Positions 48,546 through 60,111 of a stretch of DNA of 64,000 nt are shown piece by piece. How positions within the stretch are numbered: position 1 is the first letter of the stretch; each line of letters opens with the position of its first letter. The DNA comes from an uncultured cyanobacterium (GTDB lineage: Bacteria; Cyanobacteriota; Cyanobacteriia; PCC-9006; JAAUQQ01). A program made the translations under genes and the position numbers. Where the stretch lies: assembly GCA_963718615.1 (NCBI GenBank), contig OY970368.1, forward strand, positions 5,440,001 to 5,504,000, given 5' to 3'. The notes under the pieces are model-generated. The model saw only the letters and a list, made by a program, of their open reading frames with translations, ran no database searches and was not told the DNA's origin.

Positions 48546-49858
48546 ATGCGAGACACCTGCTTAGCCCCCGAACAATTGACCTCCGGACAATGTTTACCCA
48601 AAACATTATTAGACCCATTAAATACAAATGGCTTTGATGGCGTTCTCCAGGTAAAGGGGTTTGGAGTGGAATGGTTTATCTATTTCCGCGAGGGGCAGAT
48701 TGTCTATACGACCAATTCAGTAGACCCCCTAGAACGGCTTGAACGCTGCCTGCGCGGTTTTTCGCAGCAGCAACCCGAGCTAACCCAAGCTTGGCGAAAT
48801 CAAGCCTGTCGGCAATTTGAGGATCAAGCAGCAGCGGCGGACTCCCCCTTCACAGCCGACTATCAGGCAATGCTTTGGCTAGTTGACCAAGGACGCTTGG
48901 ATATCTTGATGGCAGGAACCCTGGCGAGCAAAATTACTGCTGAAGTCTTTGAGAGTTACTTACTGCTTCCCAGCGCAACCTATGAGATTCAGCACATCCT
49001 GCTGGCTGATCTACCCGCCTTTTGCGCCCTTGCCCCTCAAACCTTGATTGCTCGGACCCAAGAACGTCTCCAGCTCTGGGCTGCCCTGCCGCCACAAATC
49101 ACCTCTCCCTACCAACGCCCCTATTTGGCGGGAGAGATCTTAGCTCGGCAAAAGCTCTCGCCAGAAACGGTCAGCTCCCTCAGCCGCCTTCTGGTGGGTT
49201 TCAATTTTCGGCAACTGGGCATGCTGACCGAACAAGATGATCTCCTCGTCGCCAAGCGGTTTGCTCCGCTGATTACCCAGGGCGTTGTGATTTTACGGGA
49301 GCCGGTTTCTCCATTCGATCGCCTCCCTCGCATCCGTTCTCTCCCCCCCTCCCTGCACAATCCCCCCAGAGCCCTGCCTCCAGCACCAGTCAGGTGAATG
49401 ACGTTAGGGTGAATGACGTTAGGGTGAATGACGTGGGTGAGTCTTTGCCAAATTCCACCGAGCCTTCAGCGACCCCACTTCAGCGTCAATGGCAAATTGT
49501 TTGTATTGATGATAGCCAAGCGGTCCTCAACGAAATGAAACGCTTGCTGGAAGGGAATACGTTCAGCCTTTCCCTGATTACAGACCCTAAGCAGGCGCTC
49601 ATGAAAATCATTTCGGTCAAACCCGATCTGATTCTTTTAGATGTCAATATGCCCGGCATTGACGGCTATCAGCTTTGTTCTCTCATCCGTAAATCTTCAG
49701 CATTGCAGCATATTCCCATTGTGATGATTACAGGCAATCGGGGCCTGATGGATCGCGCCCGAGCCAAAATGGTCGGAGCTACCGATTACTTAGTCAAACC
49801 GTTCACACAAAAAAGCCTACTAAAAATACTGTTCCGTCATCTCAGTGACGCTACGTAA
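48546..49858 (+). pseudogene. PatA-family response regulator split by a frameshift (ORFs 48546..49397 and 49394..49858)
   Basis: The PATAN/DUF4388 half and the receiver half are each colinear with the intact paralogue at 50158; one extra base near 49343..49367 would give 437 aa. Confidence 0.75.
49394..49436 (+). repeat. 15-bp tandem repeat GTGAATGACGTTAGG x~3
   Basis: Encodes VNDVR repeats in the PatA linker. Confidence 0.85.
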
Positions 49859-50157
49859 CGAGAAGGTCCTGGGAAACCTCAATTCAACGGACTTAAATAC
49901 GCTGCCCAGATACACAGAATCTAGTTCCTTAAAGACTTGGACATCTAGCCTTTGGTTCGTTCTAATCTCCATGACCTCCATTATAAATCTTGATGGTCTT
50001 CTCGTTTTAGGCTGTGATTCTCTACTTTCTTTCGGGAAGCTTAGAAATGTGGAGTTTGCTATAGACACGGACTTGTCCTCACCCCAGGTATCTCTGAATA
50101 AGTTGCGTTGCGATGCAATCTTGCTCAACAGCTTGAAGAAAGGAACCCCTGAACATC

Positions 50158-51462
50158 ATGGAAGCAGTCTACGTTAGCCCTGCGGAGCTTACCGCTGAAG
50201 CCCTGACCAGCCAGATCCAGAGTCTAGCCGAGGGATATATTAAGATTGATAGCGGAACGATACAGTGGTTTATCTACTGTAAACAGGGCCAAGTGGTTTA
50301 TGCGAGTAACTCCGTTGAACCCTTTGAGCGTTTAGAAAGAATTATCAAAAGTAGTCTCAGAGATTCATCCCTGAGTAGCTCTGATTTGCTCGGTCAAGTG
50401 CGCAGCTTGTTTGAACAGCTTGAGGCCGACCCCCAGAGCTTGATCCATTCTGATTATCAAGTGCTGCATTGGCTGGTGGAGGAAAAGCATTTAGAGCCGG
50501 CGATCGCCCAAACCCTCATCCATCGCCTCATGATTGAGGTGCTGGAAAGTTATTGTCTCTTGCCCAACTTGGCTTACCCGATCACTGCGATCGCCATTGC
50601 CAATCTCCCCAGTCTTTATCAAGCAGATCTCAATCAACTGCTGGAAGAAGCACAAGCTCGACTCCAAATCTGGAAAGGATTTCTTCCCCATTTCTACTCG
50701 CCCTATCAGCGTCCCTATTTGACGGGGGCACCTCTGACCCACAGCAATCTTGATCCTGAATTTAAATCCCGGCTCAGACAGCTCTTAATTGGCTTTAGCT
50801 TTCGACAGATCGCCATGCTCGTCGCTCAAGACGAAATTGATTTAGCCCGCCAATTTCTGCCCTTGGTTCAACAGGGCGTGATTCATCTTCATGATCCCTT
50901 TTCTCCCTTCGATCAACTGCCTTGGCGCAAGAATTGGGCTTCTTCGGGATTAGCCGGGGCAACAACAGAACGAGCCCCAATGATTTCAGAGAACAGTTCC
51001 GCAACTTCTAGCAGCAACACGTTCTCTCCAGAATTAACACCGGGACAGAGCTCAGGCGGAGCCATTCAAACCGATGTGTCAGCCACCCCGCAAAAAGTTT
51101 GGAAAATCGTTTGCATTGACGACAGCACAGCCGTATTAAAGGAAATTGAGCGTTTTCTAGAGGCTGATTTATTCTCGCTGACGTTGATCGACGATTCTAA
51201 AAAAGCATTGATGAAAATTAGTTCCGTTAAGCCAGATATCGTTTTGCTCGATGCCAATATGCCTGGGATCGATGGTTATCAAGTTTGCAGTATGCTGCGT
51301 AAGTCTTCGAGTCTCAAAGATATTCCTGTCATTATGGTGACCGGTAATCGAGGGCTGATGAATCGAGCCCGAGCCAAAGTGGCTGGTGTCACCGATTATC
51401 TGAATAAGCCCTTTACCCAGAAAGAATTACTAGATATGGTTTTTCGGCATCTCAACACCTAA
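50158..51462 (+). CDS. PatA-family response regulator (PixG-like)
   Basis: N-terminal PATAN domain (SPYQRPYL), C-terminal receiver (CIDDS, LLDANMPG, KPF). Confidence 0.88.
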   Translation: MEAVYVSPAELTAEALTSQIQSLAEGYIKIDSGTIQWFIYCKQGQVVYASNSVEPFERLERIIKSSLRDSSLSSSDLLGQVRSLFEQLEADPQSLIHSDYQVLHWLVEEKHLEPAIAQTLIHRLMIEVLESYCLLPNLAYPITAIAIANLPSLYQADLNQLLEEAQARLQIWKGFLPHFYSPYQRPYLTGAPLTHSNLDPEFKSRLRQLLIGFSFRQIAMLVAQDEIDLARQFLPLVQQGVIHLHDPFSPFDQLPWRKNWASSGLAGATTERAPMISENSSATSSSNTFSPELTPGQSSGGAIQTDVSATPQKVWKIVCIDDSTAVLKEIERFLEADLFSLTLIDDSKKALMKISSVKPDIVLLDANMPGIDGYQVCSMLRKSSSLKDIPVIMVTGNRGLMNRARAKVAGVTDYLNKPFTQKELLDMVFRHLNT

Positions 51463-51713
51463 ACCCCGAGACAAAGATCCACTAGGGTGGAAAAACAGGG
51501 CAGTGAAACAGGATTATGAGACACGCTGCAAAATAATATTTAGCCGGATTATTCTGATGCTTTTCCCGCGATTCTGGGGATTCTAAGCACAGGCGGATTA
51601 ACCCTGATCGAGGTCGAGCGATCAGCCTTCTTTTCAGGGCAACCTCGAATCTGCGCCACTCAAGATTTATCAGAATCAAATCTGATTTTTTCTTTTTCTA
51701 GGAGATAACTTAC

Positions 51714-52076
51714 ATGGCGACCATTCTACTGGTTGAAGATACAGCTTCTGAGCGTCAACTTTTGACTCAGTATCTGCAAGAAGCAGGCCATCTGATTATT
51801 GATGCCAGCAACGGAACCGAAGCGCTACAGAAGCTGCAATCGAACAAGCCAGATGTGATTGTGACCGATTTGGTCATGCCTGGAATGAGCGGTTTGGAAC
51901 TCTGCCGCAATCTCAAGAAGGATCCGAGCACCAAAGATTTGCCCATTGTGGCCTGTAGCTCCAAGGATCAGGATCTGGACAAGATGTGGGCGCTCAAGCA
52001 GGGCGTCAATGTCTATGTCACTAAGCCCTTTAGCCGTGAAGACATCGTCAACGCCGTTTCGTCTGTGGCAGGCTAA
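51714..52076 (+). CDS. CheY-like response regulator (PixH-like)
   Basis: LLVEDT, TDLVMPG, KPF; AGGAG RBS. Confidence 0.92.
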   Translation: MATILLVEDTASERQLLTQYLQEAGHLIIDASNGTEALQKLQSNKPDVIVTDLVMPGMSGLELCRNLKKDPSTKDLPIVACSSKDQDLDKMWALKQGVNVYVTKPFSREDIVNAVSSVAG

Positions 52077-52083
52077 GGCAGCG

Positions 52084-52572
52084 ATGGCCAGCATTGCTCC
52101 GACCCTCCAAGCGACGACAGCGCTGCAGAATAGCGGAGAACCCTATATTCGTCTTCAATTGGACCAGCGTGCGATCGCAGCGGTCAGTACAGCCCATGCC
52201 CAAGAAGTCGTGGTCGTCGCAGCGCAACAGCTCACGGTGATTCCCAATAAACCGCGTTCCATCATGGGTCTGTTAAATCACCGCAGTCGCATTTTTTGGG
52301 TTCTGGATCTTCCCCAGATTTTTGGCCTGACCCCCTTGGATCCGAGAGCTCCGGAGTACCATATTGCGATTCTTCGGGTGGGTTCTTTGCATGTGGGCGT
52401 TGCGGTCAAAGCCATTCAAGGTGTAACGCGATTGTCAGCGGATCTCATTGAGTCCCCTGTCGACAATGCCTTGCCGCTGGGATTGGTGCCCTATTTGCGG
52501 GGTTGTATTCCCTCCCAACAGGAAATGCTGTTGATTCTGGATGCGGAGGCGATCGCCACCTACACCGGTTAG
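52084..52572 (+). CDS. CheW protein (PixI-like)
   Basis: IPN....MGLLNHRSRIFWVLDL, LVPYLRG, LILDAEAI. Confidence 0.88.
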   Translation: MASIAPTLQATTALQNSGEPYIRLQLDQRAIAAVSTAHAQEVVVVAAQQLTVIPNKPRSIMGLLNHRSRIFWVLDLPQIFGLTPLDPRAPEYHIAILRVGSLHVGVAVKAIQGVTRLSADLIESPVDNALPLGLVPYLRGCIPSQQEMLLILDAEAIATYTG

Positions 52573-52728
52573 CTTGCGATCGCCATCAATCCCCTCTCGC
52601 CCAACCAGCGGCTCACCCTGGCGGTAGTTCCAAGTTCTACCGCCAATTCTCAGATTTCGTCATCCAGATTTCGTTTTTCCTTCCTCTCTTTATTTTCCCC
52701 TCCATCGTTCCATCGAGGTCTCTGCGGC

Positions 52729-55569
52729 ATGGTTAAGTCCAACGACATTCGTCCTGAGGAATCCGCCAAGATTTCTCCAGCCCCTGCGTCCCCAACCCCT
52801 GTTGGGATTCCTGAAGCGGCCCCATCGGATCAGTTTCAGCAGGTTGCGACCAACGTCATTACCCAAATGAATAGCGGACGTCCTGAAACGACGACCCCAT
52901 CATCGGGCCATGGTCAGGGACGCTTGCGAACGGTGGGCTTACGGGCTAAGGCGACTCTAGCTGCGCTGCTGATTGGAACGGTGCCGGTGGCGGCCATCGG
53001 CGGGATCGCGGTGAACTTGGCGGGCAAAGCGCTGGAGCGGCAATCCACAGAAGGGCAGCTGTCACGGACCAACGACATGGCGGATAAAATTAACCGCTTT
53101 ATGTTTGAGCGGTTTGGTGATATTCAGGTGATTGGTGCGCTGCCGACCTTTACGGATCCAGCCGTTCGAGAAATTACCAGCTTGGAGAGTAAGCAGGCGC
53201 TGCTCGAAGACTATCGGACGACCTATGGTGTATATACCAGTATTGCCGCCTTCGATCTCAAGGGAGATGTGATCGCTCAGTCTACAGCGGGCGCGAAACT
53301 AGAAAACCACTTTGACCGCGATTATATCCAAGCTGTTCTCAAAACCGGAAAACCTTACGTCAGTCAGCCCAAAATCTCAAAAACAAACGGTGACGTTTCG
53401 ATCTACTTTTCTGCTCCCATTCGTGACAAAGCAACCAATGAAATGATTGGGGTGATGCGAAGCCGAATGCCGATTACAGCGCTCACACCGCTCCTAGAAC
53501 TGTATAGCCAAGGGGGTGAAGAATATCACCTTGCAGATGCTAGTGGTCAGTTTTTTGCGGCTTTAGAATCAGAACAGGTCGGTAGACAGCTCAACGATGA
53601 CTTTCCCAAGATTATTCCCTTGGTCCAAGAAAAACGCAGTGGTACAGCGATTTCCATCGATAATATTGACAACGTCGAACAGCTCGTTGCCTATGCACCA
53701 TTTCAGTCTTTGGAAGGTCTTCAAGATTTAAACTGGTCAGCGGTAATTGGGGTTGACACCAATATTATCTTTGCAACCCAGCGTCAGCTCCTCACCGCCC
53801 TACTCTTAGGAACCGGTGCCGTGGCAGCCTTGGTGGCTCTGGTTGCGGTTTATCTGGCAACCCAAGCGACCCGCCCGGTGATTCAGGCGGCGTCGGTCGT
53901 GGAACAGATTGGTCGCGGTGAACTGGATGCGCGGTTGGCCGTGCCTGAGCAAGGGGACGAACTGGTGCAGCTGGGTCAAAACATCAACCAGATGGGCAGC
54001 CAGCTCCAGAGCTTCTTTGCACAGCAAGCCTCCGATGCCCAACTGTCGCAAATCCTCGGTGACTTGGCACGGGTGCGGGATCAGGCGGATCTGCCGGTGT
54101 TGTTGGATCAAGTGATGCATGAAGTCCAGCGTCGGGTGCAGGGCGATCGCGTCCTCTTCCAGCGCATCACCCAAGCCAACGGCAGTGGCTCGATCCTAGC
54201 GGAAGCGGTTCTCCCTACCCTGCGCAGCACCCGCAACCAATCCTTCGCTGCGCCCTCCGCCAACCAGCTTGCAGCCCTCCGCGATCAGCAAACCCTAGTG
54301 CTGAACAAGCTCTCCCAAGGGGATTTGTCCCTAGAGCAAGAGCAGCAGCTTCAGAACTGGCAGGTGCAGTCGTTGCTGTCTAGCCCCGTGTTTGTCAATG
54401 AAGAACTCTATGGCTTGGTGACGATCCATAGTTGTAACCAAGCAAGGGCTTGGACGACGGAGGAAAGTGAATTTGTCAGGCAGTTTGGCGATCGCCTCGC
54501 CCTCTCCCTCACCAGTGTGGAAGCTTACCAAACCGCCCAAACCCGAGCGCAAGAAGAACGGCAACAAAAAGAAGCCCTACAGCGAGAATTGATTGGCCTC
54601 CTGTCCGATGTGGAAGGGGCAAGTAGCGGTGACTTGACCGTGCGTGCCCAAATTACGGCGGGTGAAATTGGGATTGTTGCTGACTTTTTCAACGCGATCG
54701 TGGAAAACCTGCGGGATGTTGTTACCGAGGTGAAACTGGCCGCTGGTCAGGTGAACACCTCCGTCACCACCAGTGGTCAATCGATTCGCAAGCTGGCGTC
54801 GGAAACCCAGGATCAAGCCTTCCAGGTGAAGGAAACCCTAGTTTCCGTGGAACAAATGACCACGGCGCTGCAAACCGTTGCCACCAAGGCGCGGGAAGCC
54901 GCCCAAACCACGCAACAGGCTGAGCTCACCGCCCAAGCTGGCGGACAGGCCATGGAAAAAACCGTTGGCAGTATTCAGCAGGTCCGCGAAACCGTTGCTG
55001 AAACCGCGAAGAAGGTCAAACGATTGGGTGAATCGTCCCAGCAGATTTCCAAGGTCATCGAATTGATTAACCAGATTGCCTTGAAGACCAACCTACTCGC
55101 GGTCAACGCCGGGATTGAGGCGGCCCGCGCCGGGGAAGAAGGCCGAGGCTTCGCGGTGGTTGCGGAAGAAGTCGGTGCCTTGGCAGCCCAGTCCGCTGTG
55201 GCAACCAAGGAAATTGAACAGATCATTGCATCGATTCAACAGGGCACCAGCGAGGTGGTTGAAGCGATGGAAACCAGTACGACCCAGGTGGTCGAAGGCA
55301 CCCGCTCTGTTGAAGAGGCGAAACAGAGTCTGACTCAGATTCTGAAGGCATCTCAGCAGGTGAACCAGGTCTTCCAGATGATTTCTAAAGAAACCATTGA
55401 TCAGGCCGACACCTCGAAATTGGTACAGCAACTCATGTCGAAGATGGCGGCGGTTTCGGAAGCTGCCTCCACAGACTCCCAAAAAGTCTCCCAGCTTCTA
55501 GAAGAAACGGTGCAGGTGGCCCAACGACTACAAACCTCAGTGAGTACGTTCAAAATTGAGGCAGCCTAA
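52729..55569 (+). CDS. Methyl-accepting chemotaxis protein: TM-dCache-TM-HAMP-GAF-MCP (PixJ-like architecture)
   Basis: [10 protein letters not shown] Cache start, DRDY, HAMP ([13 protein letters not shown]), [29 protein letters not shown]. Confidence 0.92.
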   Translation: MVKSNDIRPEESAKISPAPASPTPVGIPEAAPSDQFQQVATNVITQMNSGRPETTTPSSGHGQGRLRTVGLRAKATLAALLIGTVPVAAIGGIAVNLAGKALERQSTEGQLSRTNDMADKINRFMFERFGDIQVIGALPTFTDPAVREITSLESKQALLEDYRTTYGVYTSIAAFDLKGDVIAQSTAGAKLENHFDRDYIQAVLKTGKPYVSQPKISKTNGDVSIYFSAPIRDKATNEMIGVMRSRMPITALTPLLELYSQGGEEYHLADASGQFFAALESEQVGRQLNDDFPKIIPLVQEKRSGTAISIDNIDNVEQLVAYAPFQSLEGLQDLNWSAVIGVDTNIIFATQRQLLTALLLGTGAVAALVALVAVYLATQATRPVIQAASVVEQIGRGELDARLAVPEQGDELVQLGQNINQMGSQLQSFFAQQASDAQLSQILGDLARVRDQADLPVLLDQVMHEVQRRVQGDRVLFQRITQANGSGSILAEAVLPTLRSTRNQSFAAPSANQLAALRDQQTLVLNKLSQGDLSLEQEQQLQNWQVQSLLSSPVFVNEELYGLVTIHSCNQARAWTTEESEFVRQFGDRLALSLTSVEAYQTAQTRAQEERQQKEALQRELIGLLSDVEGASSGDLTVRAQITAGEIGIVADFFNAIVENLRDVVTEVKLAAGQVNTSVTTSGQSIRKLASETQDQAFQVKETLVSVEQMTTALQTVATKAREAAQTTQQAELTAQAGGQAMEKTVGSIQQVRETVAETAKKVKRLGESSQQISKVIELINQIALKTNLLAVNAGIEAARAGEEGRGFAVVAEEVGALAAQSAVATKEIEQIIASIQQGTSEVVEAMETSTTQVVEGTRSVEEAKQSLTQILKASQQVNQVFQMISKETIDQADTSKLVQQLMSKMAAVSEAASTDSQKVSQLLEETVQVAQRLQTSVSTFKIEAA

Positions 55570-58500
55570 TGACGCAGGATCAAGAATGGTTGGTGCGCCT
55601 CCAATTTCTTGAGGAGGCCCAAGAATACTTAAATACCGTTGAATCTGAACTCCTGGGTCTGGGTAGCGGTGGCATTGGGCGGGCCGGACTGGACAACATT
55701 CTGCGGGCAGCTCACTCGATCAAGGGGGGAGCAGCGTTGATGGGGTTCTCCGAGATCAGCCACTTGGCCCATCGCCTCGAAGACTTCTTCAAGGTCTTGC
55801 GATCAGGCCAGAAAGCAGACATTGTCGATGCTTCAGTGGAGCAGTTGTTCCTCGCAGCGGTCGACAGCATGCGCCAGATGACGGTGTTCTATCGGCAAAA
55901 ACGGCCTGTCACCGATGATTGGCTGGAGAGCCATGCTCAACCTTTTATCGAGCAACTCCATGCCCAACTCGGCGATCCGCTGCCGGAGGACGAGATCGCT
56001 GAGCTCTCGGCGGAAGCCGGGGAAGACATGGTGGCGCTGTTGTTTGAAAGCGAGGTGGGTCCTTGCTTGGAGCGGCTAGAGCGGGTCTTAAACACCCCTG
56101 AAATGCCGCTGCTACGGGAGGAAATGGTGATTGCCTGCCAGGAAATGGGTGGTCTGGGGGAAATGCTGGAACTGGCGGCCTTTGTGAGCCTTTGCCAGCA
56201 TATCGTTGAGACCGTGGACCAGACGAGTGATGGGGCGTTGCAGGCGATCGCCACCCAAGCCATCCAAACCCTACGCCGTTCCCAAGCCCTCGTGCTTTTG
56301 GGCCAAACGGATTTCTTGCCCAGCCAACTGGAATTATCGACCCTTCCCTCCTTTACTGAACTCACCCCCATAGAGAACGAAGAAGAGCTCGATAGCGAAA
56401 ATGATGGAGACAGTGAAACTGAGCGTGAAATCGAGAACGAAATTGACAAAGACGAAGATGATACGGAAGTCTTTGCTCCCCTGTCCACCTTGCTCAACGT
56501 TGATCCCTCCCAAATTGCGGGCCTAGCGGCGAGCCTCTCATTGCCTCCGCTGAGCGAATTCCCGCAGCCGCTAGACGAAGGCGATGAGTCGGTTTGGGCG
56601 ATCGAGTCGGAACCGGTGTTAGAACTGGCATTCGCCAACGACCCATCAGAACCGGAATTCCCAGACGATCTAGACGAGGAAGATCACTCAGACCCCACCC
56701 TCATTACCATTGGCGAACCGCAGAACACCCCAACCGCCGAAGCTCAGGGGCTTCGTCTATCCCGCGACGATTTATCGCTGCCTGCTCCACCCCAGACCCT
56801 GCCTTCCGTCGTTCCGGCCCAAGAGCCCACCTCGGCGTCGGAGACCTCAGAAGACTCAACGATCCGTGTCTCTGTCCAACAGCTAGAACGGCTCGGTGAA
56901 CTGTTTGGAGAGCTGACCACAGAACGCAATGGCCTTAATTTGCAACTGCGCTATCTCAAAAACCTAGTCACCCTGCTGAGCCGACGGGTCAAGGCACTGA
57001 ACCAGGCCAATGACCAATTGCGAGTGTCCTACGACCGAGCTTCGACGGCGCAACCCGTGGCTGCGTCGATCCCTCTGGCTGCGCCGATGATGGATCTGAG
57101 CGGACGTCAAGAGGATCTGGATCTCCTCGGCCTCGGTAAAACCTTTGATGTGTTGGAAATGGATCGCTACAGCGATTTGCATCTCGTCGCCCAGGAAATT
57201 ATTGAACGGGTGGTGCAGATTCAGGAAGTTTCTAACGATATTGAACTGGCGCTGGATGACACCGAAGGCGTCTCGCGGGAACTTAGCCGCACCGCCCAGC
57301 AGATGCAGATTGGCATTACCCAAGTGCGGATGCGACCGCTGTCGGAGATTACCCGGCGTTTCCCTCGACTCCTGCGTCAATTGTCGATGGAACATGGCAA
57401 ATCCGTCGAGCTGAAGGTCAAAGGGGGCGGCACCTTGATCGAGCGATCGATCCTAGAAGCCCTGCAAGATCCCCTGATGCATTTGCTGCGCAACTGTTTT
57501 GACCACGGCATTGAGCCCACCGAAACGCGCCTGGCCCAAGGGAAACCCCTCCAGGGCACCATTGAGATCAGTGCCAGCTATCGGGGTAACCAAACCGTTA
57601 TTACCGTGCGGGATGACGGCGGTGGGATCAACCTCGACAAAATCCGAGCCAAGGTCCTGACCATGGGCCTGACCCCAGCGGAAGTCGAAGCCTGTACCAA
57701 ACAGGAACTCCTAGACCTAATCTTTGAGCCCGGTTTCAGCACCGCCGATCGCGTCACCGATCTCTCCGGTCGGGGCGTTGGCATGGATGTGGTTCGCAGT
57801 AATCTCCAGGGCATTCGCGGCACCATCCAAGTGGATACGGAAGCCGGTCAAGGCAGCGTCTTCACCTTAACCGTTCCCCTATCTCTTTCTGTGACGCGGG
57901 TCTTGGTGGTCGAATGCCAAGGCATTTTCCTCGCATTCCCCGCCAATATTGTGGAAGAGATGGAACTGCTCCATCCCAGCCAAGTGATGGTTGCCGCCGA
58001 TCAAGAGCTGATTGAATGGCAGGGCTATACGGTTCCTCTCCTCCGCCTCGATCAATGGCTCCGGTTCTCCCGTCCGCCGATCAAGCTGGAAACGGAAAGT
58101 ATCCCGACGATTGATCAAGAAGCCATGCTCTTGGTTACCCAGGGGGAAGAGCCCTATGCCATTCATTGCGATCGCTACTGGGGCGAACAGGAAGTCACCA
58201 CCCGCATGGTCGAAGGCAATATTGCCCTGCCAGCGGGCTTCTCCGGTTGCGTTGTGTTGGGCGATGGCCGAGTCGTCCCGCTCGTGGACATCGAGGCTCT
58301 CCTGGATTGGATCCTGAGCGATTCGGCAGAACCTCGTGCGGGTGAGTCCAGTTTGGAGCTGTTGCAGCCGCAGAAATTCGAGGAAAAACCAACCATTTTG
58401 ATCATCGATGACTCGATCAACGTCCGGCGGTTTTTGGCCATTACGCTGGAAAAGGCTGGGTATCGTGTCGAGCAGGCCAAGGATGGTCAAGATGCCTTAG

Positions 58501-58838
58501 AAAAACTCCAGGAGATCTCCCCCGGTAGCCAAGGCATTGATGCCATTATCAGCGATGTGGAAATGCCCCGCGTCGATGGCTTCCGCTTCCTAGCCCAGGT
58601 CAAAGGAATTCCTGACAGCAAAGACATTCCTGTAGTCATGCTCACCTCCCGCAGCGGCGATAAGCACCGTCAGTTGGCGCTGCACTTGGGAGCCAGCGGC
58701 TATTTCTCGAAGCCGTTCAAACAAAATGAGTTACTTCAAGCCCTAGAAGACCTCACCCAATCCCGCCAGCCCTCTGCCGCTGTTTCTAATGCATCTGCTG
58801 CTAGTGCCTCCTTCCGCTCCGGCCTGCTGAAGGTGTAG
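55569..58838 (+). CDS. Hybrid CheA histidine kinase/response regulator (PixL-like)
   Basis: Hpt AHSIKG, acidic linker, HLLRNCFDHG, DDGGG, SGRGVGMDVV, CheW domain, C-terminal receiver. Confidence 0.95.
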   Translation: MTQDQEWLVRLQFLEEAQEYLNTVESELLGLGSGGIGRAGLDNILRAAHSIKGGAALMGFSEISHLAHRLEDFFKVLRSGQKADIVDASVEQLFLAAVDSMRQMTVFYRQKRPVTDDWLESHAQPFIEQLHAQLGDPLPEDEIAELSAEAGEDMVALLFESEVGPCLERLERVLNTPEMPLLREEMVIACQEMGGLGEMLELAAFVSLCQHIVETVDQTSDGALQAIATQAIQTLRRSQALVLLGQTDFLPSQLELSTLPSFTELTPIENEEELDSENDGDSETEREIENEIDKDEDDTEVFAPLSTLLNVDPSQIAGLAASLSLPPLSEFPQPLDEGDESVWAIESEPVLELAFANDPSEPEFPDDLDEEDHSDPTLITIGEPQNTPTAEAQGLRLSRDDLSLPAPPQTLPSVVPAQEPTSASETSEDSTIRVSVQQLERLGELFGELTTERNGLNLQLRYLKNLVTLLSRRVKALNQANDQLRVSYDRASTAQPVAASIPLAAPMMDLSGRQEDLDLLGLGKTFDVLEMDRYSDLHLVAQEIIERVVQIQEVSNDIELALDDTEGVSRELSRTAQQMQIGITQVRMRPLSEITRRFPRLLRQLSMEHGKSVELKVKGGGTLIERSILEALQDPLMHLLRNCFDHGIEPTETRLAQGKPLQGTIEISASYRGNQTVITVRDDGGGINLDKIRAKVLTMGLTPAEVEACTKQELLDLIFEPGFSTADRVTDLSGRGVGMDVVRSNLQGIRGTIQVDTEAGQGSVFTLTVPLSLSVTRVLVVECQGIFLAFPANIVEEMELLHPSQVMVAADQELIEWQGYTVPLLRLDQWLRFSRPPIKLETESIPTIDQEAMLLVTQGEEPYAIHCDRYWGEQEVTTRMVEGNIALPAGFSGCVVLGDGRVVPLVDIEALLDWILSDSAEPRAGESSLELLQPQKFEEKPTILIIDDSINVRRFLAITLEKAGYRVEQAKDGQDALEKLQEISPGSQGIDAIISDVEMPRVDGFRFLAQVKGIPDSKDIPVVMLTSRSGDKHRQLALHLGASGYFSKPFKQNELLQALEDLTQSRQPSAAVSNASAASASFRSGLLKV

Positions 58839-58936
58839 GGCCGAGGTGTAGAAACCAGAGATAGGGCATAGGCATCGCCCAGGGGATTATCTCCTAACCA
58901 TTCAACTCAGGACTTTCACTCAGGAGCTTCAAGGCC

Positions 58937-59434
58937 ATGGCCAGTCGTTCTTCTCTGCGGTTGCGTCGCTTGAGCGATCGCGCCACCATCGTTCAAAAGC
59001 AGCTCATCAAGTTCCAAATCCGGCAAACGGGGTTTCTACTGCCAATTGAATCGGTTTATCGCGCAGTGGTGTTTAACCGCTCGGAGATACGGCGGCAGGA
59101 GGTGATGTTTGAGGGACAATCTTTGCGGTTGGTGGAGGTCGATCGCCACATCTTGGGTCACGCCACCGCCCAACCCTCGGTAATCCCTCAAATCATTTCG
59201 CTGATTGTGCAAACCTCCGGGGAATTTGGCCAACGCTTCGTGCTGCCGATCGATTCCGCGCCGTCCCTCTGCCGGGTCCCAGAAACCAGCCTGGTTCCCT
59301 TGCCTAAAACCTATCGGGTGCAATGTGTGGAGTCGATTACCGACAGTAGCGCCGATGATCGACTGTGTTTTTTGCTCAATCCAGACCAGCTTGCTGCCGC
59401 AATTATGGATGCGAAGGTACTGGCGTTAAGCTAG
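58937..59434 (+). CDS. Divergent CheW-like protein
   Basis: Follows cheA; LIKFQI...FLLPIESV and FLLNPDQL pattern; AGGAG RBS. Confidence 0.65.
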   Translation: MASRSSLRLRRLSDRATIVQKQLIKFQIRQTGFLLPIESVYRAVVFNRSEIRRQEVMFEGQSLRLVEVDRHILGHATAQPSVIPQIISLIVQTSGEFGQRFVLPIDSAPSLCRVPETSLVPLPKTYRVQCVESITDSSADDRLCFLLNPDQLAAAIMDAKVLALS

Positions 59435-59463
59435 ACCGGGGCCTAGACCGGGGCCGGGTGGAG

Positions 59464-60111
59464 TTATCGTTGGGCGCGAATCTCGCGATAGCGCAGAACC
59501 AAACCCAGCGTGATCTGTTTAACGATCCAGTAGAGCACTGTAATGATCACAAAAGTGATAAAGATCACTAGGACTGGCCATTTGGTTGTGAGGGTATTAA
59601 TCAACCGCAAGGCCACCATCGTCGGGTCTTGAACCACATCCCAGCTATTAAGGCGATCGAAGCGTCCTAGATAAATGCCCAGGGCACAGAGGGCGTGGGT
59701 CATCAGCTCCGTGAGGTTGACCCAGCGTTTTGCCCCTTGGCGCACCAAATAATATTCCTGATTAATTAACGAGATTACATAGGCTTCAAAACCGCCCACG
59801 ATCGCCACAAAGTGCAGCGGAATAAACACCAAAACCACCGCCCAAACGGAATAGTGAGAGCGGGCGGCTTGAACCGAATGAATAATATCGGTGAGTAGGT
59901 AGGGGGCATTGGGCAAAAAGGATAGGTAAACCAGAAAGACTCCCCACCAAACCCAGGAACGCTTTTGATGGAGCTGACGCCGAAACAGCCAGAAACTGAA
60001 GGCGAGAGGAATCACCGCTAGGAAAAGATTCCAAGCGATCCAACCGCTGTAGGGAAAGGTGCAGGTAATCGGAAACAGGTCGCAGCTAAGTTCTCGCAGA
60101 AAAGGTTTCAT
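59464..60111 (-). CDS. DUF1361-type membrane protein
   Basis: WNLFLAVIP, FLPNAPYLLTD, GIYLGRFDRLNSWD. Confidence 0.82.
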   Translation of the reverse strand: MKPFLRELSCDLFPITCTFPYSGWIAWNLFLAVIPLAFSFWLFRRQLHQKRSWVWWGVFLVYLSFLPNAPYLLTDIIHSVQAARSHYSVWAVVLVFIPLHFVAIVGGFEAYVISLINQEYYLVRQGAKRWVNLTELMTHALCALGIYLGRFDRLNSWDVVQDPTMVALRLINTLTTKWPVLVIFITFVIITVLYWIVKQITLGLVLRYREIRAQR

